In this document: piece after piece, positions 31,973 to 41,371 of the stretch
Layout: the number at the start of each line of letters is the position of its first letter
How positions within the stretch are numbered: the first letter of the stretch is position 1
Source: Candidatus Aminicenantes bacterium
Lineage (GTDB): Bacteria; Acidobacteriota; Aminicenantia; Aminicenantales; CALLJL01
Assembly (NCBI GenBank): GCA_026416195.1
Contig: JAOAFQ010000191.1
Location: forward strand, 28,719 to 92,718
Direction of reading: 5' to 3'
Length of the DNA stretch: 64,000 bases
The notes under the pieces: generated by a model
Database searches by the model: none
What the model was told of the DNA's origin: nothing
What the model saw: the letters and a program-made list of their open reading frames with translations, nothing else
Translations under genes and position numbers: made by a program

Positions 31973-32437
31973 CGGGCCATTCCTTTTTTACTTTAGACCA
32001 ATTCAATGATTTTTTCAATCAAGGGACTCTATAAATAACGCTAAATAACGCTGGGCAAAATTTATTTATGGTTTTGAAAAAAATCTGCCTCAATTTTTTA
32101 AATTTTCTTTCCCTGTTAATTTTATTAATAATACTTAGATTAGAGTTGGTTTATCTTCCAAGCTGACGGAGCGTTTCGATTTTCCCTAATCAAATTATCT
32201 AACCAATCTTAATTTAGTCTATTGTTAAAATTATCCGCTTTCCAGAGTCCTCAATATTTATTTTTCCTTCAAGGCTTGTTTTATCTTTTAGCCATTTCGA
32301 GAGCAAGATTCTTCCCCGTCTTAACCTCGCTTTTAACCGACACAGCCAGCATTGATTAATAAAAAAATTTATTAAAAATAAGAAAAACCAGCCTCTAAAT
32401 GCAAGTTAAATTCAATTTATGGGTAGCTAATGTGATT

Positions 32438-33244
32438 TCATTCTTTCTTTGATTCCATTTCTTTTAGCCAAGCGGCTAAGGAAAGATCAAATCTTCTTTT
32501 AACCTTGGCAAGTTTTATTAATTCAATGATTAAATCTCTTAATAATTCTGGAATAAATGGACAAACCTCAAGATCACCACAGGCCTCAACTTTAAAGGAA
32601 TTAGCTATTTTCATATCGCAGATTGACTTAAGATTTTCCAAATCGTCATCACACTCTTCAATGACCTTTATTTGGAGCCAAGGGTTAAAGCCGATAATAT
32701 ATTCCCATATCTTTTTTTGATCTTCTGGTTGAGGAAATCTTTGTGCAAGAAAAGCAAGGCTATCGATTACGGTCAAAAATATTTGACTTTCTAACTCTCG
32801 CTTAAATTTTTCATCTAAATTTAAAAGGGCTAGATACTTATTGACAAGTTTCTTGGAAATATTTAAAACCTCAGCCACCCTCTCTTCCTTGGCCACTTTT
32901 TCCTTAATTTCGTTTAGAAACTCAGCCACTTTGATCGGAGCTAAATCGGCTCTTTGAAGATTTTCAATTAAAGAAATAATAATTTCTTCTCCTTCAGAGA
33001 CATCTTCTTTGATGAAAGCCGGAATTTTCTCCCAACCAAGCATTTTGCAAGCTAGCAACCTTCGTTTTCCTGCGAGCAGCTCATATTGGCCATTTTCCCT
33101 TGGCTTGACAATTACTGGGCTTAAAAGTCCATATCTTTGAATTGATTTGGCGAGATTTTGCATTCGATAATCATTAACTACTCTTTTTTCATCTAAATAA
33201 GAAATAGAAATATCCTCGATCTTCAGCTCTTTATAAATCATCAA
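32438..33244 (-). CDS. ParB/RepB/Spo0J-like protein (orphan)
   Basis: LAKSIQRYGLLSPVIV, YELLAGKRRLLAC, SLIENLQRADL, followed by an HTH-like region. Confidence 0.85.
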   Translation of the reverse strand: MMIYKELKIEDISISYLDEKRVVNDYRMQNLAKSIQRYGLLSPVIVKPRENGQYELLAGKRRLLACKMLGWEKIPAFIKEDVSEGEEIIISLIENLQRADLAPIKVAEFLNEIKEKVAKEERVAEVLNISKKLVNKYLALLNLDEKFKRELESQIFLTVIDSLAFLAQRFPQPEDQKKIWEYIIGFNPWLQIKVIEECDDDLENLKSICDMKIANSFKVEACGDLEVCPFIPELLRDLIIELIKLAKVKRRFDLSLAAWLKEMESKKE

Positions 33245-33472
33245 GCTCTCCTAAAAATAATCTTTGAGTCGTTATTTTAATTAAATTAACCTCGAAACAC
33301 AAAACCAATTGTTTTAGAAAAGAAAAAGCAAGAAAAATGAATTTGATTTTAATAAATAGTAAGCAACCAGAAACAGATTAAGATAGCAGAAAATATTAGA
33401 AAAAAAATAATAAGATAAGAAAAGAATTGAGATCAAATAAGGATATTTCAACCGAAATAATATATGATCAAT

Positions 33473-34141
33473 TCAATCAGACCTTGAACCTCTTTCAGGT
33501 AGGAAAAAAATCCCTACGGGGAAACTGAAAGGAATTTGGTCTATGGAAAAATCAGACAAAAAATAAGGAAGGGGATCAACAAGACCGAATCTGATTTCTC
33601 CCTCCGCTTCTTCAGGCCATCGCCAGAAGCGTTTTTCCGCATCCTGACGAAGACGATCGGCTCGCCATTTAAGATAATTCGCCCATTGATTTTTCTTTAA
33701 AGCCAAAATGATTTTTTCCTCCTCTGTTTCAGCCAGATCTATAGGGATATAAGTTAGTAATCTTAAAACGAACTGAATTTCCCCTGGTGAAAAAGAAGCG
33801 ATTCTACGTCTCGTCCAGCATAAAAGGGTCGATAACTCAGTCATCCAGGCCTTTGAACTTAAAATTGGCACCATAAAAAGAGAAGCCAACGAAAGGATTT
33901 GGCTGATAATATTTTCAGAAATCAACAGATTAGGTAAAGGTCCAAATTCTGTTGGGTCAACAGTAACCAAAGGCTCTGAAGGCCCTTGGAGCCATTCTTC
34001 CATTTGATCTTTTAAAACAGCTATTCTTCGGTAGCGAAATCGCTTTTTCAGGAAGACTAAATCTGGCTTAAGTGTAGCCGTTGAACCAAGATAAAAGGCT
34101 TTTAAATTTTTGGCTAAATAGACAAGTCGTCCCTTTTCCAT
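33473..34141 (-). CDS. Hypothetical protein
   Basis: 222-aa ORF with host-like codon style; no family recognised. Confidence 0.6.
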   Translation of the reverse strand: MEKGRLVYLAKNLKAFYLGSTATLKPDLVFLKKRFRYRRIAVLKDQMEEWLQGPSEPLVTVDPTEFGPLPNLLISENIISQILSLASLFMVPILSSKAWMTELSTLLCWTRRRIASFSPGEIQFVLRLLTYIPIDLAETEEEKIILALKKNQWANYLKWRADRLRQDAEKRFWRWPEEAEGEIRFGLVDPLPYFLSDFSIDQIPFSFPVGIFFLPERGSRSD

Positions 34142-34273
34142 TGTTTCAATTTAAAATTTCTAATGCTTAATCAGATGATAGAAAATGATAAAAATTTAAT
34201 CAATCTGAGCGGTGAAATAAAAGTCTGTTAAAAAAAGGCTAGATCATCATAAGAATTGGCAGCCAATTGCCAG
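34128..34273. repeat. ~146-bp direct repeat, copy 1
   Basis: cgtcccttttccattgtttcaatt...agccaattgccag recurs at 36978-37124 with 4 substitutions and one A-run indel. Confidence 0.95.
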
Positions 34274-34299
34274 TTGGACACAAAAGATTATCATCCCGA

Positions 34300-34745
34300 T
34301 AAGAAGCGCTCTTTATTAATGGTGTTTTGACGCATAAAATAGAACGATTAGCGAGAGTGCTGGGCGAGAAGGGTTATCAGCCTCTCAGGACTTAGAGATG
34401 ACCCAAGGTTTAGATGAGAGGATGAGGATAGATGTGATTTAGGAGAAGGTCTGGATTAATAGTAAAGTGGTCGCCATAGCAACTATAATAGCTTAGGGCA
34501 TTGGTAATCGAAACCATGGGGAATGAGAATGAGGATTTTTGGCGCGATTTTATATTATAAGGTCTGCCCTAAGCAATTAAGGAGAAATGGTTAGGGGCAG
34601 GATGGTAGCAATACAAAGTTCAATTTATGGGAAATATTTTGGCGAAAGGAGCAAACAACCTGAATAAGGCTCGTTTAGCTGAAAAAGTGACGAAAATTTA
34701 GCTTCAGCCAAATAAAACAAGGGCTGAAAAGCTGATTACTTATTG
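34300..34745 (+). pseudogene. IS256-family transposase relic
   Basis: Manual translation across stops/frameshifts: FINGVLTHKIERLARVLG, SASQDLEMTQGLDE, IDVI*EKVWINSKVVAIA, NENEDFWRDF, WLGAGW*QYKVQFMGNILAK, ARLAEKVTKI*LQP; collinear with IS256 motifs (GVSTRK, DALYEKVR, ESEDxW, WQRCxVHFxRN). Confidence 0.8.
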
Positions 34746-34934
34746 AGGAAGATGGGTAAAAAAAAAATCAAAAGGCGATTAAATATTTGGTAAAGGGGTT
34801 AGAAGATAGCCTTAAATTTTACATTTTTTCTAAGATAAATAAAAAACGAATATGACGTCCAATGTTTTGGAAAAGACAAATCGTGAGATTAAGGGAAGGG
34901 GTCCGATGCTTGACCTTTTTTCCTTCGGTCGATT

Positions 34935-35172
34935 CCTATTTGCAAGTATATAAAGTTCAAAAAAGCGGCTGAATGATAAATATCATCTCTTGAACGGAAA
35001 CGGTTGTCTAAATCCTTTCTGTGTTCTTCAAGAAACGTTTCAAACCAATACTCAGCTCTTTTCGTAATTGCCTAGTTCTTCTCTTGCTAAGTTGTTCAAA
35101 TAATCATACTTTAGTTTGGAAAACTTTTTATTTCTTTTGTTTATTTCTTCCAAATTCTTTAAAAAGCGACAT
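34935..35172 (-). pseudogene. Degraded gene fragment of an uncharacterised family
   Basis: Frameshifted pieces MSLFKEF, KYDYLNNLAREE, AEYWFETFLEEHRKDLDNRFRSRDDIYHSAAF/FELYI read as one protein N-terminus. Confidence 0.5.
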
Positions 35173-35221
35173 ATTTTTTCCCGCACATACTGCGGCCTTG
35201 GTGTATTTTAAATCTTTTAAT

Positions 35222-36136
35222 TTACGGCGGGCACTTTGCACAAATGGATCTAAAGAGTGCTGTGCTTAAATATCTATCCCCCCTGTCGGGAAGTAGGCAA
35301 ACGATTGTTCCATAGTTAATCTCTCTTGCAATTTTGAGCGCCCCTGCGACAGCCGCTCCGCTTGACATCCCAACGAAAAGACCTTCTTTTACAGCAAGCT
35401 TTCTCGCCACCTCGAAAGCCTCATCGTCTTCTACACAAATTTTCTCGTCTAGCATTCTTGGATTGTATATTTTCGGGACTATTGATTCTTCCATATTCTT
35501 TAATCCCTGGATTTTGTGCCCTTTTTTTGGCTCTACGCCGACGATTTTCACCTTCGGATTTTTCTCTTTTAAGTATCGGCCTACGCCCATGAGCGTTCCT
35601 GTAGTTCCCATGCCAGCTACGAAAATATCAACTTCGCCATTAGTCTGAGCGTAAATTTCTGGTCCAGTGGTTTCGTAATGGGATAAAACGTTGTTTTCGT
35701 TGGCGTACTGATTCGGCATAAAATACTTTTCAGGCCCTTCATATAAAAGCTCGACTGCCTTTTCAATCGCGCCGTCTACGCCTTTATCACCAGGCGTTAA
35801 AACGATTTCAGCGCCAAACGCTTCTAATATGCGCTTCCTCTCGTCGCTGACGCAGTCTGGCATAACAAGCTTTACTTTGTAGCCCTTCGCCGCTCCGATC
35901 ATAGCCAGGGCAATACCTGTATTGCCAGAAGTTGCTTCGATGATAGTTTTATTCCGGGTCAGCTCTCCGCTTTCTTCTGCTTTTTTAACCATGTAAAGCG
36001 CAGGTCTGTCTTTAACCGAGCCGCCCGGATTCGCCCCTTCATATTTTGCCAAAATTCTTGCCTTTGGATTCTCGTTTAAATTGTGTATTTCAATTATGGG
36101 CGTGTTTCCAATTGCATCTAAAAGCGTTTTCCTCAT
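35222..36136 (-). CDS. cysM: Cysteine synthase (CysK/CysM family, PLP-dependent)
   Basis: IGNTP, NPGGSVKDR, EATSGNTG, GMGTTGT, GMSSGA, PDRGDRYLST; HKIQGL is CysM-like; C-terminal CAKCPP. Confidence 0.9.
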   Translation of the reverse strand: MRKTLLDAIGNTPIIEIHNLNENPKARILAKYEGANPGGSVKDRPALYMVKKAEESGELTRNKTIIEATSGNTGIALAMIGAAKGYKVKLVMPDCVSDERKRILEAFGAEIVLTPGDKGVDGAIEKAVELLYEGPEKYFMPNQYANENNVLSHYETTGPEIYAQTNGEVDIFVAGMGTTGTLMGVGRYLKEKNPKVKIVGVEPKKGHKIQGLKNMEESIVPKIYNPRMLDEKICVEDDEAFEVARKLAVKEGLFVGMSSGAAVAGALKIAREINYGTIVCLLPDRGDRYLSTALFRSICAKCPP

Positions 36137-36977
36137 CCTAGAGTGAAATCATGTGAAGATTTCAAATGTTTATTTTAATTATTAATTATTATAGCAGAAA
36201 TTTTTTTATCTCTATCGCAGATTTGCCCATACAGTTAATAAGCCTCAATTAAAAGAAGGCCATGCGCCTTAATTTTGAGAGGTTTTCCCCATGAAAAAGA
36301 GGCTTCATCTTTCGATATAGAAAAAGACGTCTAATTCGATCAGCCGAAAATTTATATAAATCCGAGGAACGCTGATCGCTATTACGATGAATCCATCGAC
36401 TTCCGCTCTTCTCTTTCGCCAAAGCTTGCGAAGAAAATTGTTGATGAACTTAACTCGCTTTTCTCTGATGAACAAAGCGATGGGAAAGCGAAGAAAGGGA
36501 GCTCAAGCAAACAAATTTCGCGATCGGTCTTAAAGTGAACTGAAAGATTCGGTCGATTTGATTTCATTAGAATTAATTTCCGGCCAGATCATCTTAACAA
36601 AAAGCTGGACTTGTTTCGATTATAACTTTATCATCTTTACAAACTCGGCCAAGCTCCAGCTCTCAACTTCATTCCTTCTGCCCTGATATTTAGGCGTTAT
36701 TTCTTTTAATCAGGCTCTCTTAATTTTAACTGCAACCCAAGATTTGTGCCTCTTAGCTTTCCTTTCTTCAGAAATTTTTGGGATAAATATCGCTCAAGGC
36801 TAAATACGGTGGGACAACGAATCAATTTCATGTAGATTTTAAATTAGGCAATTCAGAAGCTTGATTTAACGCTACTAAAAAAACAATTCCTCACTTTAAA
36901 ATTATCGTCACCTTTTTTAACACTTTATAAACCATTAAGCTTACCCCAAAATATGGATAGAACTGAGATAAAAAAGC

Positions 36978-37124
36978 CGTCCCTTTTCCATTGTTTCAAT
37001 TTAAAATTTCTAATGCTTAATCAGATGATAGAAAATGAGAAAAATTTAATCAATCTGAGCGCTGAAATAAAAGGCTGTTAAAAAAAAGGCTAGATCATCA
37101 TAAGAATTGGCGGCCAATTGCCAG
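36978..37124. repeat. ~147-bp direct repeat, copy 2
   Basis: Near-identical to 34128-34273. Confidence 0.95.
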
Positions 37125-37166
37125 AAGAGATTAATTTAATAAAATAAATTATTGAAGGAGGATAAA

Positions 37167-37358
37167 ATGTTTTGGCGGGGAAGAATGTTTGGTTGCTTCC
37201 GTTTTGGCTTTTTCCCCTTTGGCTTTTATTTTCATTGGCCGCCGCCCTATCCAAGCAAAGAAGAGTATTTAAGAATACTTAAAAGATATAAAGAAGATTT
37301 AGAAGCCGAGCTCAGAGAAGTTGAAAAGGAAATTGAGGAGCTAAGCAAAAAAGAATAA
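37167..37358 (+). CDS. Small DUF5320-like protein
   Basis: AAGGAGG RBS; aromatic/Gly/Pro-rich N-terminus then SKEEYLRILKRYKEDLEAELREVEKEIEEL coiled coil. Confidence 0.7.
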   Translation: MFWRGRMFGCFRFGFFPFGFYFHWPPPYPSKEEYLRILKRYKEDLEAELREVEKEIEELSKKE

Positions 37359-37402
37359 ATAAAAAAGTTTTTGATTACAAATTTTCGGGAAGGAGAAAAG
37401 AA

Positions 37403-38680
37403 ATGAAGAGAAGGGACTTCTTTCTTTTTTTAGGCGCCGTTAGCCTTCAATCTGGGTTAAGAAACCCTCAACGTAGGTCTTCCTTTAAATCCTTATCTTC
37501 AGTTGGATTGTCGGCTCGGCCTTTAACCGTCTCACTTGATTCTTCACCCAACCAATCTACCCTACCTAAAGGTCATTATAGTTCCATGGATGCCTGGATT
37601 GAAATCGATCTAAAAGCAATCAAAGCGAATCTAACTCAAATCAAAAAGAAAGCTGGAGTAAGAATAATGGCTGTGGTCAAAGCCAACGCTTATGGCCATG
37701 GTTTGATAGAAGTTTCAAAGGCCTTGCAGGAAGCTGGGGTGGATTGGTTGATGGTGGGTAAGCTCGAAGAGGCTATTTGGCTACGGCAAGCAGGTTTAAA
37801 AAGCCCAATTCTCAATTTTGGTCCTTTTGATCGAAGCGATGCTGAGGCTCTAATTGAAAATAGAATTAGTCAATCGGTTTATACCGATGAAGTCTTTCGC
37901 TTGGCGGAAGTAGCCGCCAAGAAGGGAACAAGAGCTTCAATCCATCTTGATCTTGATACGGGCATGGGTCGCACTGGTATTCCTTATAAACAAGCGATGG
38001 ACCTTCTTGAGAAAATAGCTTCCCATCGTTATCTTCATCTGGAAGGTCTTTCAACGACTTTAACTGAAGAGGTCGACTTCGACCGGGAGCAAGTTCGACG
38101 GCTCAACGAAATTTATAGTCAAGCTAAGAAAAAAGGGATTAATTGTGGGCTAAGACATGCGGCTAGTTCCGCTGGGCTTTTAGAATCTTCTGATTTTTGC
38201 CTAGACATGGTCAGACCTGGCATTACTCTCTATGGCTATTATCCTAATGACAAAACTCAAAAGGAAGACCCACTCAATTTACAACCAGCCCTTCGTCTCA
38301 AAGCTAAGGTTATATTTATCAAAGACCTAACCCCAGGAGAAACTCTTTCTTATCATCGAGTCTTTAAAGCTGAAAAGAAAATGAGAGTCGCTACCCTTGG
38401 CCTTGGTTACTCTGACGGATATCAGCCTCAGCTTGGCGGTCGAGCTTGGGTCCTAATTAGAGGGAGAAAATACTCAGTCCTTCCTTTAATTACGGCCAAT
38501 CATCTCATGATCGATCTCCAAAATAACGAGGAAATAAAGATTGGGGATGAAGCTTTTCTTATAGACACGGACAAGAAATCAGAATCAACCGCCGATAGGT
38601 TATCTTCAGCCTCAGGAATTTCTCCTTACCGTCTCCTTATTGGACTGAATCCTCTCCTCCCTCGCTTTTATTTTAATTAA
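37403..38680 (+). CDS. alr: Alanine racemase family protein with twin-arginine-like leader
   Basis: WIEIDL, MAVVKANAYGHG (PLP Lys), DTGMGRTG, DMVRPGITLYG, GYSDGY; N-terminus MKRRDFF. Confidence 0.88.
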   Translation: MKRRDFFLFLGAVSLQSGLRNPQRRSSFKSLSSVGLSARPLTVSLDSSPNQSTLPKGHYSSMDAWIEIDLKAIKANLTQIKKKAGVRIMAVVKANAYGHGLIEVSKALQEAGVDWLMVGKLEEAIWLRQAGLKSPILNFGPFDRSDAEALIENRISQSVYTDEVFRLAEVAAKKGTRASIHLDLDTGMGRTGIPYKQAMDLLEKIASHRYLHLEGLSTTLTEEVDFDREQVRRLNEIYSQAKKKGINCGLRHAASSAGLLESSDFCLDMVRPGITLYGYYPNDKTQKEDPLNLQPALRLKAKVIFIKDLTPGETLSYHRVFKAEKKMRVATLGLGYSDGYQPQLGGRAWVLIRGRKYSVLPLITANHLMIDLQNNEEIKIGDEAFLIDTDKKSESTADRLSSASGISPYRLLIGLNPLLPRFYFN

Positions 38681-38818
38681 TTATCTTGACCTCTAACCCC
38701 TAACCCAACAACTTAAGAAAAAGGTTTTTTGCTATAAGGTGTTGTCTCTCTTTCTCCTCTTGTTCTTTTCCTCTTGTTTATTAAATTTATCAAACGGCTT
38801 CTAAACCTGGCCTAAAAT

Positions 38819-39007
38819 TTGCAGTTAAAAAAATGGACCAGGAAAAAACCAAAAATCATCTTTATTCTTAAAACCAATGGAAATTGGAATTATCAAGAGA
38901 TTGCTTTGGTCGCAGGGTTGAAGATAGGAACAGTCATGTCCTGTCTTAATCAGGCCCGAAAAAAGCTGCGTCAGAATTTAGCTCCATATTGGGGAGGGAA
39001 AAAATGA
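38819..39007 (+). pseudogene. 5'-truncated ECF sigma factor (region 4 only)
   Basis: NYQEIALVAGLKIGTVMSCLNQARKKLR matches the ECF sigma-4 HTH; no region 2 upstream. Confidence 0.75.
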
Positions 39008-39258
39008 GGAACAAAATTAATCATAAATATTTGAGCCAACACCTTGGTGCCTATTTTGACGGTGAGCTTATGGCCCATGAAAAGGAGCTTATGGAAAAAC
39101 ATCTTAAGCACTGTGAAGACTGCCGCCGTCCAATCGCTGAGCTTGAGTCTTTTCAAAGACAAGCTCTTTCTCTTAAACCTGACTTGAGCGAAGAAAACTA
39201 CTGGCACTCCTTTACCCAAAAAGTCATGTCTGGCTTTAGGCAAGAAAATCGAGGTTAA
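39004..39258 (+). pseudogene. Truncated zf-HC2 anti-sigma factor
   Basis: LGAYFDGEL...EKHLKHCEDC (HxxxCxxC); ATGA overlap with the sigma fragment; stops before any TM helix. Confidence 0.75.
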
Positions 39259-39481
39259 AACTCAGGCTGTCATTCAGGCCAGAATAGAAGGAGTCGTTAT
39301 CCTTGAAGCGACTACTGATATTTACGGTCGAGTCCAGAACGTCAAAGTTATCCGCTCTGTTCCCCTTCTTGACCAGGCCGCGATCGACGCAGTGCGGCAA
39401 TGGATTTACGAGCCCATGATCATTAACGGCCGTCCCCGCGGCGTCATCTTCATCGTTACTATTACCTTTCAGTTAAGATAA
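39242..39481 (+). pseudogene. TonB C-terminal domain fragment with no conventional start codon
   Basis: QARIEGVVILEATTDIYGRVQNVKVIRSVPLLDQAAIDAVRQWIYEPMIINGRPRGVIFIVTITFQLR*, in the +1 frame relative to the anti-sigma ORF. Confidence 0.8.
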
Positions 39482-40110
39482 TTTCAGCTGATTAGCCAAA
39501 AGGAGGCCCAGAAAATAATCAAAGGATTTAGCCTCCGGATTCTGACGGTTTTAATAATAGTTTATTTTATTCCAGCGCAAGAAAGAGAACTCTAATTGTC
39601 AAGCCATTAGAACCAGTTGAAACTAAGCTTATCTCCAGAATAGATATGACTATAAACTGGTTGAAAGCGGAAGAAATATATGATGGAAAGGAAAAATTTC
39701 TAAAACGCCAAGAATAAAATTACTTGCGAAAAATATCGCCTCTGATTATTTCCCAAAAGCCTAGATATCAAAGAAAAAAGATATATTTTTCGAATTGAAA
39801 TGGAGAAAGTATCAGTTGAAGAAGAAAACGTCAGCTCATCTAAGATAATTGTTTCTAACCTTGATAGCCGAACCAAAGATTTATCTTCTGGCCATTACCA
39901 TAAGACTTGATTTGGACAACCCAGATGGAAGATTAGCTACCCATCTTTCTTGGATTATTTGATAAAATCGATTTGTTCAATTATATTCAATTTGGCCTTA
40001 AAACCTAAGGTTCAGTTCAAGAAATTCGGTGGCCGCCAAAAATAGACAATTGTCTTGAATTTAATTGAACTAAAAAATAATTAAATTTTTATAAAATGGA
40101 GGGTGATAAA

Positions 40111-41193
40111 ATGAAAAAGCCCTTGGCTCAAATTTTTTTCTGGATTTTTGTTATTTTTGTTTTCGGGCTCGCTTCCAGGACTCAAATCCACGCTCAGGTT
40201 AAAAAGATAGCCTACATACCAAAACCTGGCGATTACAAGTATACTTTCGGCCAGCATAAACCAGTTATGCGGATAAAACCGGGCTGGGTAGTTGAAACCA
40301 CGACCGAGGATTGTTACGATGGCCGGGTTAAATCGCCGCAAGATATTCCCACGCAGGTTATTCCCCCAGATCATGACAATCCCCAAACTGGACCTTTTTT
40401 TGTTGAGGGAGCCGAACCGGGCGACACGTTAGCGGTTCATCTTTTAAAGCTCGAACCCGCTCGGGATTACGGAATTAGTAGTTATTTCCCTTATTTTGGG
40501 GCCCTAAGTGTCACTGATTATACAGCTCTTCTCCATCCTCCTCTTCCCGAAAAAGTTTGGTGGTACGAAATAAATAATCAAAACAAAACAGTTCGATTTA
40601 AAGCTCTGAATGGCCATTTTTCCTGCGAAATCCCAATGAGACCTTTTCTAGGTTGCCTCGGCGTAGCCCCTGCTCGTAATGAAGCTCGTTGGACGGTGGT
40701 GCCTGAAGCTTTTGGTGGCAATCTTGATTTTCCCGAAGTAAAAGAAGGAAATACAATCTATTTACCCGTTAATGTTAAAGGAGCCCTTCTTTTTATGGGC
40801 GATGGTCATCTTGTTCAAGGCGATGGAGAAATTATCGGCACTGCAGTCGAAGCGGCAATGAAAGTCACCTTTGTGGTTGAGGTCATTAAAAATTGGAAAA
40901 TAAGTTGGCCTCGAGTTGAAAGCGATGAATTTATTATGAGTGTCGGTAGCTATCGCCCTCTTGAGGATGCCTTTCGGATTGCCCACAAAGATATGGTGAC
41001 TTGGCTAATTAATGATTTCGGCTTAGAAATGATGGATGCCTATCAACTGCTCTCACAGGTTGGTCAAGCTAAAATTGCTCAAGTAGTCGATCCTAATTAC
41101 ACCGTGGCCGCCTGCTTTCCTAAAAAATATTTGCCTGATATTAATAAATTAAAAACACCTCATAACAAGTTAAAATCAATTGTCATTAAATAA
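40111..41193 (+). CDS. Acetamidase/formamidase family protein with signal peptide
   Basis: NPQTGPFFVEGAEPGDTL, PFLGCLGVAP, GGNLD, GDGHLVQGDGE, DAYQLLSQ. Confidence 0.9.
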   Translation: MKKPLAQIFFWIFVIFVFGLASRTQIHAQVKKIAYIPKPGDYKYTFGQHKPVMRIKPGWVVETTTEDCYDGRVKSPQDIPTQVIPPDHDNPQTGPFFVEGAEPGDTLAVHLLKLEPARDYGISSYFPYFGALSVTDYTALLHPPLPEKVWWYEINNQNKTVRFKALNGHFSCEIPMRPFLGCLGVAPARNEARWTVVPEAFGGNLDFPEVKEGNTIYLPVNVKGALLFMGDGHLVQGDGEIIGTAVEAAMKVTFVVEVIKNWKISWPRVESDEFIMSVGSYRPLEDAFRIAHKDMVTWLINDFGLEMMDAYQLLSQVGQAKIAQVVDPNYTVAACFPKKYLPDINKLKTPHNKLKSIVIK

Positions 41194-41371
41194 GATTCTT
41201 GAATGCGAAGGATGTAGCCCTTTTTGCTTCCATAATATATGCCAATAAATTGAGCCCTCAAGGGATTGCCAAAAGATAAATTCCTTTAGTTCCTTTTAAA
41301 ATTACAAAAGAAAAAATTAATTCAATCTAAGATTTTTAAAAGGTCATTTTCTTTAGATTCAAGTTGCCCGC

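Noticed and set aside
31836-32018. 60-aa ORF
   Set aside because: It is the tRNA-Leu gene read as protein
32032-32051. TAAATAACGC tandem duplication
   Set aside because: Only two copies with no spacers; not CRISPR- or iteron-like
34128-37124. Direct repeats as CRISPR repeats or IS target-site duplication
   Set aside because: Only two copies, each ~146 bp; far too long for either
31887-40000. tRNA-Leu as the attachment site of an integrated island
   Set aside because: The accessory zone lies on the tRNA 5' side; no duplicated tRNA 3' end and no integrase were seen
39482-40080. Possible additional decayed exported-protein gene
   Set aside because: Short protein-like pieces with many stops; no family recognisable
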